Positions 26,101-38,133 of a stretch of 64,000 nucleotides of DNA are shown here, piece by piece. Where the stretch lies: contig OZ281497.1 of the NCBI GenBank assembly GCA_965637545.1, forward strand, positions 28,954,001 to 29,018,000. The letters are read 5' to 3'. This stretch comes from Phallusia mammillata (taxonomy: Eukaryota). The first letter of the stretch is position 1. Every line of letters starts with the position of its first letter. The position numbers were made by a program, and so were the translations under genes. The notes under the pieces were generated by a model. The model did no database searches. It was not told the DNA's origin and saw nothing but the letters and a program-made list of their open reading frames with translations.

Positions 26101-27344
26101 ATGGCGGAGAGAAGAAACTCAAGAAGTTTCATCTTCTTTTTAAAATCGATGTGCCTGACCTCAATGTAGAAGAAAAAGGAAATCTCTCCGCACAACTCAC
26201 CCCTTAAACCTTGGATGGCCCACTTTTTGGCTGAGGTCGTCTTTCCTATTCCAGCTTGTCCAACCACACCGACCACGTTTCCATGTTTTTCCATGTAATC
26301 TTGTTTTGCGTTTTTTGCGTCAATTTTGAATTTATTTTCCGCTTCATGTTCTGCTGTTTTTTTTGCGCGATAAAACATTTCTTCACCAGTTATATCACTT
26401 TGCGTTATCTTGTAAACATTTGCTAGTTCCTTTCTGCTGCGATAATGTCCTTCTGCTTGAAACTCATCATCAATTCGCTGTGGTTTGTCTACTATGGCAA
26501 GGTTGGCAGGTGTTATTTTCCGTTCAGCAATGTTTGCTAGGGACGATTCTTCACTAGCGATAACTTCCACCCGTTGTTTGAGTAACAACATCAGATCTTC
26601 AACAAACTGAACATCTTGATGTGTTTCGTTTGTTTCTGGTGTTGTTGCATACAGGTTAACTATTTTAATAGGAGCGTTGTAAACTGGTCCACGTGTGTAG
26701 ATGTTCGTGTCACCTTGCTGCCAATGTAAATCTTTAGTTGAAAACTTATAATGAGATACATCATCAGGACTTTGTGTTAATTTAGATTGAACACCATCAT
26801 TATCCTGTCCCTGGATTGAGTTGGCTCGGGGTTCAGGACCATCTGGTCCTTGGGTGAAATGAGGTTGGGGTTCGGCATCATCTGGTCCTTGGGACAAGCT
26901 GAGTTGGGGTTCAGCATCTTCTGGATCTTGAGATAAGCTGAGTTGGGTTTCAGCATCATCCTGTCTTCGGGTCAAGCTGAATTGTGGTTGAGCATCATCT
27001 GGTTCTTGGAAGGAGCTAAATTGGTGCTCAACATTATGTGGTCTTTGAGTGAAGGGGGATTGGCGTTCTGCACCTTCTGGTCTTTGAGTGAAGGGGGATT
27101 GTCGTTCTGCATCATCTGGTTCTTGGATCAAGCTGGGTTGGGGTTGAGCATCATCTGGCCCTTGGGTCAAGCTGGGTTGGGGTTTAGCATCGTCTGGTTC
27201 TTGGGTAAAACTTGCTTGGGATGTAGCATCATCTGCTCCTTGGGTAAAGCACGATTGGAACTGGGGTCTTTGAGATAAGTTGGACTTGGCAACCTTGTTA
27301 TCCTTTTTTAGGTTTGTATTGGTTTGTTTTTTCAAAAATTCCAT
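16650..27344 (-). CDS. Predicted 14-exon gene, 1456 aa: 13-aa repeats + NACHT + LRR + linker + IRE1/RNase L-type kinase + KEN endoribonuclease (NLR-kinase-RNase fusion)
   Basis: Exons 24951-27344, 24433-24612, 24112-24293, 23768-24027, 21679-21755, 21535-21562, 21324-21405, 21057-21255, 20741-20855, 20154-20317, 19650-19788, 19138-19280, 16982-17194, 16650-16844. Every intron is GT..AG, phases match (0,0,2,1,0,1,2,0,1,0,1,0,0), and the total of 4371 nt is one open frame ending in TAA. The weakest joint is the 2012-nt intron 21756-23767. Confidence 0.8.
17668..18476. mobile_element. Older copy of the 37184-38133 hAT MITE family, in intron 12 of the NLR-kinase-KEN gene
   Basis: Shares internal blocks (gcgtaaagttaaaaattcgtt; taaggaacgttt..gaaggccaaccaacatt) and the right TIR tgagacccctg; degenerate TSD. 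Confidence 0.8.
19138..21755 (-). CDS. IRE1/RNase L-family protein kinase domain (8 exons)
   Basis: Spliced translation shows IAKGTPGSRIY (G-loop), LVMK (beta3 Lys), LEAK (alphaC Glu), HENIVRYY, VHRDLKPHNFLIS, VKVGDFGFCREL, AGAENFVAPE, SDIYVLGLFFYFVLSEGDHPFG, RPTIQMVAKHPAFW. These match IRE1 motifs HRDLKPHNILIS, EGSHPFG and HPFFW. Confidence 0.93.
21848..22064. mobile_element. hAT MITE in intron 4 of the NLR-kinase-KEN gene
   Basis: TIRs CAGGGGTTCTTAACC / GGTTAAGAACCACTG, TSD GTGTAAAA/GTATAAAA, internal short tandem duplication. Confidence 0.88.
23768..24293 (-). CDS. NLR1 low-complexity linker exons (24112-24293 and 23768-24027)
   Basis: Open P/S/Q/T-rich frames with canonical splice sites: FTVPLALQNQ...KFRWFSR and PRIVTDSRKESEQ...EQAHCSSPL...FTDMI. 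Confidence 0.75.
24433..24612 (-). CDS. NLR1 LRR exon (RI-like leucine-rich repeats)
   Basis: Phase 0-0 exon of 180 nt translating LKKLDLSYNKIGHRGIPLLARGTLNIETLILEGCDIGSEDVEKL...NKP. Homologous to the exons at 52541-52702 and 51025-51186. Confidence 0.9.
24951..27344 (-). CDS. NLR1 exon 1: N-terminal repeats and NACHT NTPase with helical domains
   Basis: 800-aa ORF with Walker A GQAGIGKTT, Walker B VIIFDGFDE, sensor-1 KIFTSRP, YCYVPV motif and winged-helix FSHLIWQEFF. Donor CCG|gtaata at 24951. Confidence 0.95.
26739..27245 (-). repeat. Coding tandem repeat, about 13 copies of a 39-bp/13-aa unit (consensus TQGPDDAEPQxSL)
   Basis: Visible in the ORF translation (TQEPDDAKPQPSL, TQGPDDAQPQPSL, SQGPDDAEPQPHF...) and in DNA as recurring gcatcatctgg at 39-bp spacing. 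Confidence 0.92.
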
Positions 27345-30300
27345 TTTTGATTAATTGTCTTGGGATATTTTTTTTGTCTTCCTGTTAATCAGTTATGTTA
27401 TGTGACATTTACACGGTTGCGTCCACGTTTCGTTTGTTTGTTGTTGTCATAAATTTGTGACCACTACAACATGAATCACCAGACGTTTCACAAAAAATTA
27501 TTATCACAACAATGTCGCCCTACATCTACGAAAACAGTAAAGCTTTAAAGACAAGGAATAAAAAAGTTATAAAACGGACAGAATGCAACTCGACTTAAAA
27601 CACATAGACCTCCAAGGGAGGTTCGTGGACTTGTAATGGAATGGACAATTCAGAATGGACAAGTGGCAAAACGGACAATATTTGTCGAACAGAAAACAAA
27701 ATTGACATTGAACAATCGGGTAATAGTGGGTTTCGAAAACGGTTTAAACAAAACATCTTGTTCCCCAAAATACATTCAAAATGTAAATCCAAGTTGCTCT
27801 CGTCATTGGTTACAACTTAACCACCGCAACCTCCGCAGAAAACAGACAACAAACGAACACAACCAGAAAACAACTAACAATGTCCAATCTACCCAAATAC
27901 AACAAATTATCAAGCACATAATCTGTGTATAAAGGTGGCGACGGAATTTAAAGTTGGTGCAATAAAGTATTAAAATCATTACATGCATTCTTAGTCACAG
28001 TTAATGTCAACTTGCACAGAACCTTAAATGAAAGATTTTTTCGAAAAAAACACCAATAAACACAATGTTACGATGTAAACAAGTAAGTTAACCCAAATAG
28101 TTAGTGATCCTCGTTTTTAAATTAACCCAAAAGGCACATAGTGATCCTCGTTTTAGGTAAGAATCCACACTTGCCACAACAAAATGTGAAAATTATGAAA
28201 CTAATAGAAAAGTGTTTGTTACAGTTGTTGCATGTTTGATAGATGTTGGCAGCACTTCCACCTTCGTTCAATCTAAGTCTTTACCAGTTCCGAATGCAGA
28301 ATTTAAATATCATCAGGTTCAAATAGGCGGATTGCAGCTTTGCAAAACTGTCCTGCTCCAATGTAATAAAAAACATTGTTGTAATTGTTCACATAGCAGA
28401 CATGTACATACAATTTTCTACTTTTACAGCAAAAACAGAAGTAAAGCGTAATGCAGCAAAACTAAACTAAGTTCGTCTATATCTACGAAGCAACGAATGA
28501 GTTAAACCGTCACAAAAACAGTTGTCGTATGGGTTGCAACAATAAAAATTTCGCGCCTGAAACATTTGAATACAACGACTGTATTCAAATTGTTGCGTTA
28601 GTAATGGTCATATAATTCCTATTATGTTCCATTTCATTGTTAGTTGGGTTTTGATTCCTTGTGTTATCATAAATTGAAACATGCATACATTTTCGTCAAT
28701 ATTTTGGTATTTGATAAACAAAAATAGAAACGTTTATCAACAATAACAAAATGAAACCATGTAAAGCATAAAGTTTTAAAATATCACCGTAAATTTTTTT
28801 TTGTGTGTGCTGCATTATAATAATGATAAGACCATAATAATAAAAAACGAATAGAAGGGCCACAGCAAGACGTGGAACGTCAAAACTTGCTTTAAATGTG
28901 ATTAATACACAATTGTTTATACCTGGTTATGTGTGTCAGTGTGGAAGGACCAAAAAGGACCAGTTATAGTGTTTATGATCAACATGAATATTTGTAGAAG
29001 GGGTTCGCAAGTAATATTTGGTTTATGTCGACACAATGACCGAAATAGACTTAATTACATCACAATACATGCGCTTATTGCTATTTGCAATGCCATTTCA
29101 TGATTGCATACAACACGTGTTTGCATTAAGCATCCTCTCTGCTTGCATGTTTTACTCACTTATTCCTTAAAAATACCTCAGCGAACCCACCCCACATATT
29201 GACCATTTCGATCCCATGGGTTCGTATTTTTGAAATTTAACGTTTAACACTTGTTTATATCATGCAACTTTTCAGTACCTCAGTTCCATCTCTATTATCC
29301 AGCACAATTTGGGTGCTTCGCTTTCAGCCTTTGTCCTATCCCAAAGTCACCGCTAGGCTCTCACCAGAGCAATTGTTAATGCCAAGTCAGCGCCGATATA
29401 GTGGCATGTAAATGGGAAAAAAAGTTTTAGTTACGTTTCTGCGGTTCCGCAAAGTTTTCAAAATCAATAAAGGAATGTAACAAGGTTTAATCGCACAAAC
29501 AGAAGCAGTGACTTTAAGAACAGCCGCATACAGTACATGGAAACCAACCTGACATTTTTGGTGATGTCATTCTATACGAAGCAAAATCAGTATCCAAGAC
29601 AATTCAATCTTATGCCCAAAACCCAAAACGTTTCGACGTTCTATACGGGACGTCTTCTTCAAGGTAACGTCAGCTACCTAACACACTCGTTCTTATAACT
29701 GCAATAGGTGAACAGTTTACCCCGTATAAGACGTCGAAAACGTCGGATGACTTGTTTGTATTTGCTGGATGAACAAAAAAAGAAAAGTCTTTGAAATATG
29801 GCTGGTAACAATACTTTATTCACATCCGAACATTGGTTTTAGCTTTAGGCAATGCGAGTTAGTTGAAACTACAAAAACATTAAACAGATTTTTTTTCAGA
29901 ATCTGCACCTAGCGACCAAATATCAAAACGCTATGTTGTTCCGACCCAGATAGAAGGTGTTTAGTAAGCGCTCTTTTGCCGTTACAATTATCGCAACTCG
30001 TACGCTAGCAGGCAAAGAAGAAACGCCAACTTGTGCCTGCCAACTGTTAAACGCACAGTAGTAAAACATAAAAACAAAAACGTCTTATCTTTGGCGCCGA
30101 AGCATAAAAAATTCTAAATTGAAAATTTGAGTTAGTGCTATGTGTTAACTTGCAATAAAGCATATCTTGTAAAGATCTGTTATGGAACTGCAAATAAGTT
30201 TAACTATTAAAATCAGTACCTCATCAACACAGTGCGTCTACATTCGAGTGCTTCGCTTTCGGCTTGTGTCTCATCTCACAGTCGTGTGCCGCCAGGTGTC

Positions 30301-30569
30301 ACACCAGAGCAAACATTAGTTTCAAAATCGATCAAGTCAATATTGCTTCTGCACAAAGAAAATATTGTTCGTGACGCTCCACTGCCAATTTATGGAATAT
30401 AAAAGCTATATAGTGAAAGCCATATATATTATGACAAAACAAAGTAGTTTCAGACAGGTTGCCTTTTAAGCAAGTTACACCAAAAACCAAAATTCCACCG
30501 AATGAAGTTTGTGTTTGAAATTCAACATTTTAAATACATTAAACACAAAACTTGCCGCTTATTTGACCA

Positions 30570-33500
30570 TGTAGCGCCCTGTAATATCCTACATGCATAG
30601 GACGCGAAACGAACCTTTTTCTTTATTGTCTAGTGTTGTCTTTTTATGTGTGGTGTTGTGGCTCTCGCGTCATTCTATCGACTTGTTTAAATAAAGTGTA
30701 GGTCGCCTCATTGGTGACCACCGGCGTGATAACATGAGCACAGAATCTCAAAACGCAGTTGCCTTAAAGTTACCAACCTTTTGGCCAACTCAGCCTAAAT
30801 TATGGTTTCAACAAGCAGAGGCACAATTTGCTTTAAGAAATATCACTGCGGACATTACGAAATACTATTACGTTCTGTCGGCGTTGGATCAGGACACGGC
30901 AGGTCGGTTAATTGACCTTTTGACAATCCGCCGGAAGACAACAAGTATGTAGGTCTTAAAGAACGTTTGCTCTCCATGTTTACTTTGACAAAGTCGCAAA
31001 GACCACAATGCCTACTTCAGATGCCTCTTTTAGGCGACAAAATGCCATCAGCGTTGATGGATGACATGCTAATTTTATTGGATGAACAGAAAGAGTGTTT
31101 TTTGTTCGAAGAACTGTTTCTGCAACCGATGCCAACATATGTAAGAACGGGACTTGCCACCCAGAAATTTACGGACTATCGAGCTATGGCTCGGACAGCT
31201 GATGTTTTGCTGCGTGCCGGACGCTATGATTCTGAGAACGCTGTTGGTTTTAATCTTAAGCCACGAATGCGGCAAAACAAACCTAAAAAGCCAGATGGAA
31301 GCGGAATGTGTTTTTACCATGATCGATTTGGTATGAAAGCTAGAACTTGCCGCCCTCCATGTTCTTGGCAAGCAGGAAACGAGGAAGCCGACTGGCGCTG
31401 GCTGCTGCGTTGGCCGGTACAGCAAACAGCCTTTTCCACGTGTTTGACCGCACTTCTGGTCACAGTTTTCTTGTCGATACTGGCGCTGAGGTCAGTGTTT
31501 TTCCTCCGTCGGGACGCGAACCCCGCATGAATCCTTTAGGCCAAACATTACTTGCTTCCCAAGGATGCGAGATCCGCACCTATGGAGCGCTGTGTTTCAT
31601 TGGATCTGCCTTCGGGAAAATTTAAATGGCCGTATATTCTCGCTGATGTCTCGAAGCCTTTGCTGGGAGCGGATTTCCTGCGGGCACACGCGTTTTTGGT
31701 AGACATCAAACACAGACGCCTTGTCAACGCCAAGACGTTTTTTAGCAATGCTATCGGCAAAATGGAACAATCAGCACCACAGTTAAACGCACTAGCTAGC
31801 AGTGTCTCTGAGTACACCCGTCTATTGGGCAAATTTCCGCAAATTACAACTTTCCCCCACACAGTGTGGAGCACTTCATCATCACCAGTGGCCCACCTGT
31901 ACATTCCAAGGCTAGGAGATTGCCTCCTGAGAAACTGGCGATTGCTGAGAAGGAGTTTGACCATATGTTAAAACTTGGAATTATACGACGATCCTCCAGC
32001 CCGTGGTCATCTCCAAAGCACATGGTCCCGAAAGCTTCGTGAGACTGGAGACCATGTGGTGATTATCGACGCTTGAACGCAGCTACACTGCCCGATCGAT
32101 ACGCGATTCCTCATGTTCAGAATGTTTCCGCTCGTTTAGCGGGGCTCAACGTTTTTTCAAAGATCGACCTAGTGCGTGGGTATCACCAAGTTCCCATGGC
32201 ACCAGCAGACATTGCAAAAACGGCGGTTGTAACTTCCTTCGGACTGTTTGAATTTCTCCGTATGCCATTCGGCCTCAAAAATTCGGCTCAAGCTTTCCAG
32301 CGACTAATGGACACTGTCTGTCAACCTTGGATTTCGTTTTCGTATATTTGGATGATATCCTCGTGGCCAGTACATCGGTTGCTGAGCACCTTACGCACCT
32401 GAGGCAACTTTTCGAACAGCTTACTATTCATGGTTCAGTTATTAACGTGGGCAAATGCAAATTTGGCGTATCAGAAATTAATTTTTTGGGACATAGGGTA
32501 TCAAAACAGGGGGTAAAACCACTTCCGGATAAAGTAAAAGCTATCCAAGAGTTCCCACGCCCAACAACCATCAAAGGTCTGCAGCAGTTCGCGGGTATGA
32601 TTAATTTTTACCATCGCTTTATTCCTGAATCAGCAAAAATCATGTCCCCTATATACTCAGCATTTGCAGGAAAACCGAAATGGCTCTTTTGGAATACCTC
32701 TTTGAATTCAGCTTTTGAAAACGCCAAGCAGGCTTTAGCTGAAGCAACTATGCTGCACCACCCGTTACCTCAGGCTCCAACTGCTCTCACTACAGACGCA
32801 TCGGAGCATTCTGCTGGCGCTGTTTTGCAGCAACTCATTGAAGGCAAGTGGCGTCCACTGGAATTTTTTAGTAAGCGGTTTCGTCTACCGGAAACAAAAT
32901 ACAGTGCATTTGACAGAGAGATGCTTGCGTTTTTTCTATCGGTACGTCATTTTCGATATTTTCTAGAAGGTCGTCCGTTTGTGGTTTATACCGATCACAA
33001 GCCACTGACATTTGCGTTTTCTAAAGTATCCTCTCCATGGTCTGCTCGTCAGCAGCGACATCTGACCGCCATTTCGGAATTTACCACGGATGTGCGCCAT
33101 GTAGTCGGCAATCGAAATTGTGTGGCAAACACTTTTTCACGTGGAGTAGTTAATGTAGTTCATTTTCCGTTAGATATGGATTACGTTGCTCTCGCGAAGG
33201 CTCAACTTGTCCCAGAGGTTCAAGCCTATCGCACAGCGGTAACTAACCTCAAGCTTGAAGACATTGAAGTCCGACGATCTGGCACAAAGCTCTTATGTGA
33301 CACTTCTCAAAGCAAGCCCCGTCCAATAGTGCCGGCGTCATGGCAGCGGAAAGTTTTCGACGTAATACACGGACAGTGAAATCCATCCATTAGAATCACT
33401 AAGAAACTAATGGCCTCAAAATTCGTGTGGCACGGCTTGCGAAGGCAAGTGGGTTTATGGTTCAACTCTGTCCGTTCCTGAGCATTTTTTGTAAACAAAC

Positions 33501-34074
33501 CGACGTGTCCACAGCAAATACCTCCAGCGCTGCACGAATCATTCCGACATCTAGTCCCGCCGCCGATGTCCCGACACAATGAAGTAAAGACACATGTTCC
33601 CACAACACTTCGCACGAGTGATTATGTTTTTGTCCGAATTGACAAGCATCGCCCACCTCTATCGCAGCCATACAACGGTCCACAAAACGTTCACATTGGA
33701 TATAGGTGGACGTAACGAGACAATTTTAATCGATCGCCTGAAGCCAGCGTACCTGGACGAGACACAGCCTATTCACATGCTTGAAGTTCCCCGCCGTGGA
33801 AGACCACCTGGGCATACGACTTCGCCACCCGGACCACCCAGTAACTTGTAGCGCCAAATCGTCCAAACACGCACTGGTCGAGTTATTCGTCCGCCTGTAC
33901 GATTTCGTTAAGTTCGCTTCTGGAGGGGGTAATCTAGCGACCTTGTAATTCTCTACATGCATAGGACGCAAAGCGAACCTTTTTCTTTATTGTCTCGTGT
34001 TGTCTATTTATGTGCAGTGTTGTGGCTCTCGCGTCATTCGATTGACTTGTTCAAATATAGCGCACGTCGCCTCA
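30570..34074 (+). mobile_element. Decayed Ty3/Gypsy LTR retrotransposon (gag-PR-RT-RNase H, truncated integrase)
   Basis: LTRs at 30570-30710 and 33933-34074, 4-bp TSD ACCA, PBS TGGTGACCACCGGCGTGAT, PPT GGAGGGGGTAA. Coding motifs: gag KLPTFW and CFYHDRFGMKARTCRPPC, protease [35 protein letters not shown], RNase H TTDASEH/YTDHKPL. Multiple frameshifts. Confidence 0.95.
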
Positions 34075-37000
34075 ACCAGTCTAATACCGCCGAAGAAATG
34101 GAGATGAAAGATCAGGTTTTATTGTTGAGCGCTAAATACGTCATAAAAATGTTACATCATTATCACGTCACAGGCGGCGCCCCCAGTGTTTCATGTGACA
34201 AGCGGCGAAACTCGACGTGGCAGGGTTAGGCACGTGTAGTCGTGGTTGTACCTTGTAGAATACGAATGTGTTTTACCGGACGGATTTTGTGTGCTGGTAT
34301 TAACTGTCTTAATACTGTAAACGTGGCAGCAACTGATAAATGCAGTTCAGAGCCGAACTGTAAAGCGCGCACATAACAAAAACACATGTCACATTTTTAC
34401 TGTAACATGTTAATTTGCTTAGTTATTAATAACGAATTTCGTTCGGCGAAAAACAAACAAATCAACAAAAAATTTGCGGCATTTTGGGCATTTTAAAATG
34501 TGATTGTTGTGAAGTTACGATATGTTTGGAATTATAACTATAACCTGAAATTGTTTAGGTCATTGCTTTGTGATAAAAATTAGCAATGTTAAATTTTTTA
34601 ATTGGCATTTTGTTTAATTGGTTGTATATGGTTGTTATAACTGTAAACGAGGATAACACACATTTCGGTGTGAGGATTTTAATTAGAAATTATAAGACAG
34701 CTATTTCTAAGATTCCAAATTAGCAGTAACACTCAAGTAGCCCGCGCAATCATTCGTAAACCACATATGGCCCTTTGGCCGAAAAGGTTGGACACCCCTG
34801 ACATAAAGTGTCCAAAAATATCAGTGCAAAACATACAATACAAGCAATGTATAAATTGTGAATGGAAAAATATTAAGGGGAAATAAACATCACTGAAAAG
34901 TTTTGCGAGTGGTTAGGTCTGCAGCTTAAGTAATATTTCGAATGTGTTCTAAGCCGGGGTTTACGGATGCTTAGGTCGGCAACAGACCATAAAAAGTGCT
35001 GAGGGGAAAAGTGCAAAGCGGAATATAACTAATCCTGGAATGTTTTGCGACGGGTTAGCGTCGGACTTTACTGAGCTATAAAAAGAGGGTGTTACCAAAA
35101 CCCAAATACGCAAATAAACGCAGACCAGTTCTATGACAAAACAAATAAAAATTTAACTTAAAATAAAACTTTATACGATGTCTGCAATGTTTTTAGACAA
35201 ACAAATGAAAGTTTGATTCGCTGTGTTGTGCAACATATATATGCCATGTCAAAACTTTAATATAATTGTAATACATCCCATAATCAAACATAATTTCTGA
35301 AATGATAGGCTGGTAACATATCAATAAAGTGATTAAATGTGCAAAGTAAGTGCTAGCAAAGAGCAATAAACTAAGGTTACAGTTTATTGAAACCCCATCA
35401 AGGGACATAATGCAAATTTGGGTTTAGAACTGAGGTTGGGTTTGGGGTCAAATACACAGTTCTTATACTAAGCAAATATTTTCATGATAACAAACTTATT
35501 CCGCATGTTAATATTATGTCAAGTGCCCTTTGTTTCATCGTTGAAAACATGAAAATTTTAGTAAGTATTTAAATTCAAAATGAATGAGGATTTTTACTTG
35601 TTTGACTGGACAGTGGGCCTACAGTTGCCAACATAGAGACACAAAACAAATACATATTCGACTCTTAAATGCATGCACAAACTAACAACGAAGAATGTCT
35701 AGTTTCCGATAAAAAAACTATGTTTGGTATTTTCAGGTTGAAAACAGCTTGCATTCGCGCCGAGACAACAGGTTTACGGCTACTTTGATGGGCAACAGAC
35801 TGTGGAAAAGATTTGCAGGTTTCAAATGTTAGCCCGCAACTTAATGGATAACCGAAAGGATAAACTTCATAAACAATTGAACGGAAAAACACCCGTTTAA
35901 AATAAAAAAAATCAGTGTGTTAAGCAGTTACAAAACGTAATATTAAAGTACAAACTTTCGGGTTCGGTTGGGCTTTAAGGTTTTGGTGGCAAAATAGCAT
36001 AAAAGTATAACCACGACTGTATTAAGTTATGAGTTTAGATTTAAGATCTGCAGATTACAAACGGACTCATTAAAGTGCACAAATGCTTAAGCGTTGATGG
36101 GGTTTATTGTTTTTCATGCACTGCGTATTAAATTAATGCTTAAAATACATCTTACAGTAATGTTGTGACGTTTTAAAACTGACATATCTTTTGTTGGTAT
36201 ATTTGTTTGTTGTCACAGCTACAACCCCTGAAAGAACATAAGGTATTTGAGCTTATATTCGGCACGGATATCGAATATAGTAAAATACTGTGGCACAAGT
36301 AGATTGAACATATTTGTTCAGCTTTAAATATAATATTAGACCAAAACAATTGCTGTGTTGCATTAAATGTCCAGTAAACTGTGACAAACGCTTTAAAACG
36401 ATTTTAACACCCAAAACAGTTTCGCAAACAAAACTACAAACCGTTCTGTTAAGTATGTGGAGATTACCACTGAACTATGAAACTAAGGTTTCGCAACTGA
36501 AATAGAGAAAATATTTTCGCGTTTGTAAACGATATCTTCCAGCCGCTATGTTCAGCAACAAACGGTTGCAGAGTGGAAATTACCAAGCGGAGCAATCCAT
36601 CTATGCGGCGTGACTGAGCTCTAAGGATTTGGACATATATTAAACAGAACAGAAACGCACGTTAAACGAACTGCAACAAAACATGTCAAACACTTTGGAT
36701 TACCGCAAATCAGAACAAAGTTCGGTGAATTTATATGGTAACTTTTTTGGTAACGATATAACCTAACATAATCGAAAACGCAATGTGAGGCACCTGTTGA
36801 CAACAATTATTCAGGGGGAATGTCTGTTGCGTGTCAATAAATGTTTACATGAAATGACAAGGGTATTTTAAGTGTTTAACTCATATTTCACGCAAAGCAG
36901 CAAGAATGCTAGTGAGATGAGATGTCGTGGAGACGTGAAAGAAACTTCGTTGCGATCTCGGTTTTCAAATAGCCAACATGGAACATCAGATTTGTTTATA

Positions 37001-37183
37001 ATTCTGATCGAATTCTGTTTATTCCAGCAAAAAAAGCTGTGATGCAAGTATGAGACGAATGTTATCATTGACAACATCAGCGAACACAGTATCTTGGCGA
37101 TACTTAACGTTGTATTACAGCGACCAGCATAACAAAATGCATAATTTAGCCAAAAACAGACATTATCTTACCAACGCCTAAGC

Positions 37184-38133
37184 CAGGGGTCTGCAACACG
37201 CGGTCCGCGAGGCAATTTTTCCGTGTCCCGTGGCGTTATTAGCAAATGAAAATGTATATTAATATCTTGTAAAAAAAAGAGTTTTTTTGTTTTTTTATCA
37301 CCCTCCAAGTGTTTCACAGTTCAAAATTAATGAAACATTAACAACCTTGGATCACTCGTGAGTTAAGAATACCAAATTTAACCTTTGTGATGCATTATTA
37401 TTATTATGGTGAAGTCTGATCATAAAAAGCGTAAAGTTAAAAATTCGTTAAGTTTCTTGGATACATTTTTTTAGTTTTGCTTAGGGATAAGGAACGTTTA
37501 ATTTGATGAAGGCCAACCAACATTTTAGTGATACTTATGTAGGTCGCATTGACTTTTTCAGATGCCCATAGGCCAGTGGTTTCCAAACCATTTTATATAC
37601 AACAGGCGTTTCGCAGTTTTCCGCGATCGAAGATAAATTAAATGCTAAAACCAATTAAACAGCTTAAGCTGTTAAAAGTAATTTTAACTTTTACCTCTAA
37701 AGCTTTACTACTACCACTACATTTTACCTAAATATTATCACTTGGTTACGCGTAACAATGATCTAAGATTGGTTTGTGACATCACAGACAAAACTAAGAT
37801 AAGAAATTATGCGCAAACAATTGTTTTCAATGTTGCTTGATATGAAATATAAAGCATTGATGAACACGCAAGTAAGATTGTAAAGCCAAAAGCGCTTGAA
37901 GGTCAAAAAAATAACTCAGTTAACCACTAAGGGACTAATGAACTATCTAGGTTGGAAACATCTGGCGTGGAGTGTTAATTCCACAGTAATGTAACCACAT
38001 ATATTTCTATTATTGGTGTAGCTTGCAGTATCAAGGTCTTTAAGAAAATTTTAACATCTAAGATCGCATATAGCCCGCGGCTTCTAGGTAGTTCAAATTT
38101 GGCCCAGGACAACTTTTGAGTCTGAGACCCCTG
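37184..38133. mobile_element. Non-autonomous hAT element (MITE)
   Basis: TIRs CAGGGGTCT / AGACCCCTG with a perfect 8-bp TSD GCCTAAGC. Confidence 0.92.

Noticed and set aside
26739-27245. 39-bp periodic repeats as a CRISPR-like array
   Set aside because: No spacers; the units are in-frame coding repeats in a eukaryotic exon.
26943-27278. Plus-strand 111-aa hydrophobic ORF (also 25170-25436, 56019-56219, 61270-61620 and similar)
   Set aside because: Antisense or alternate-frame shadows of real coding exons.
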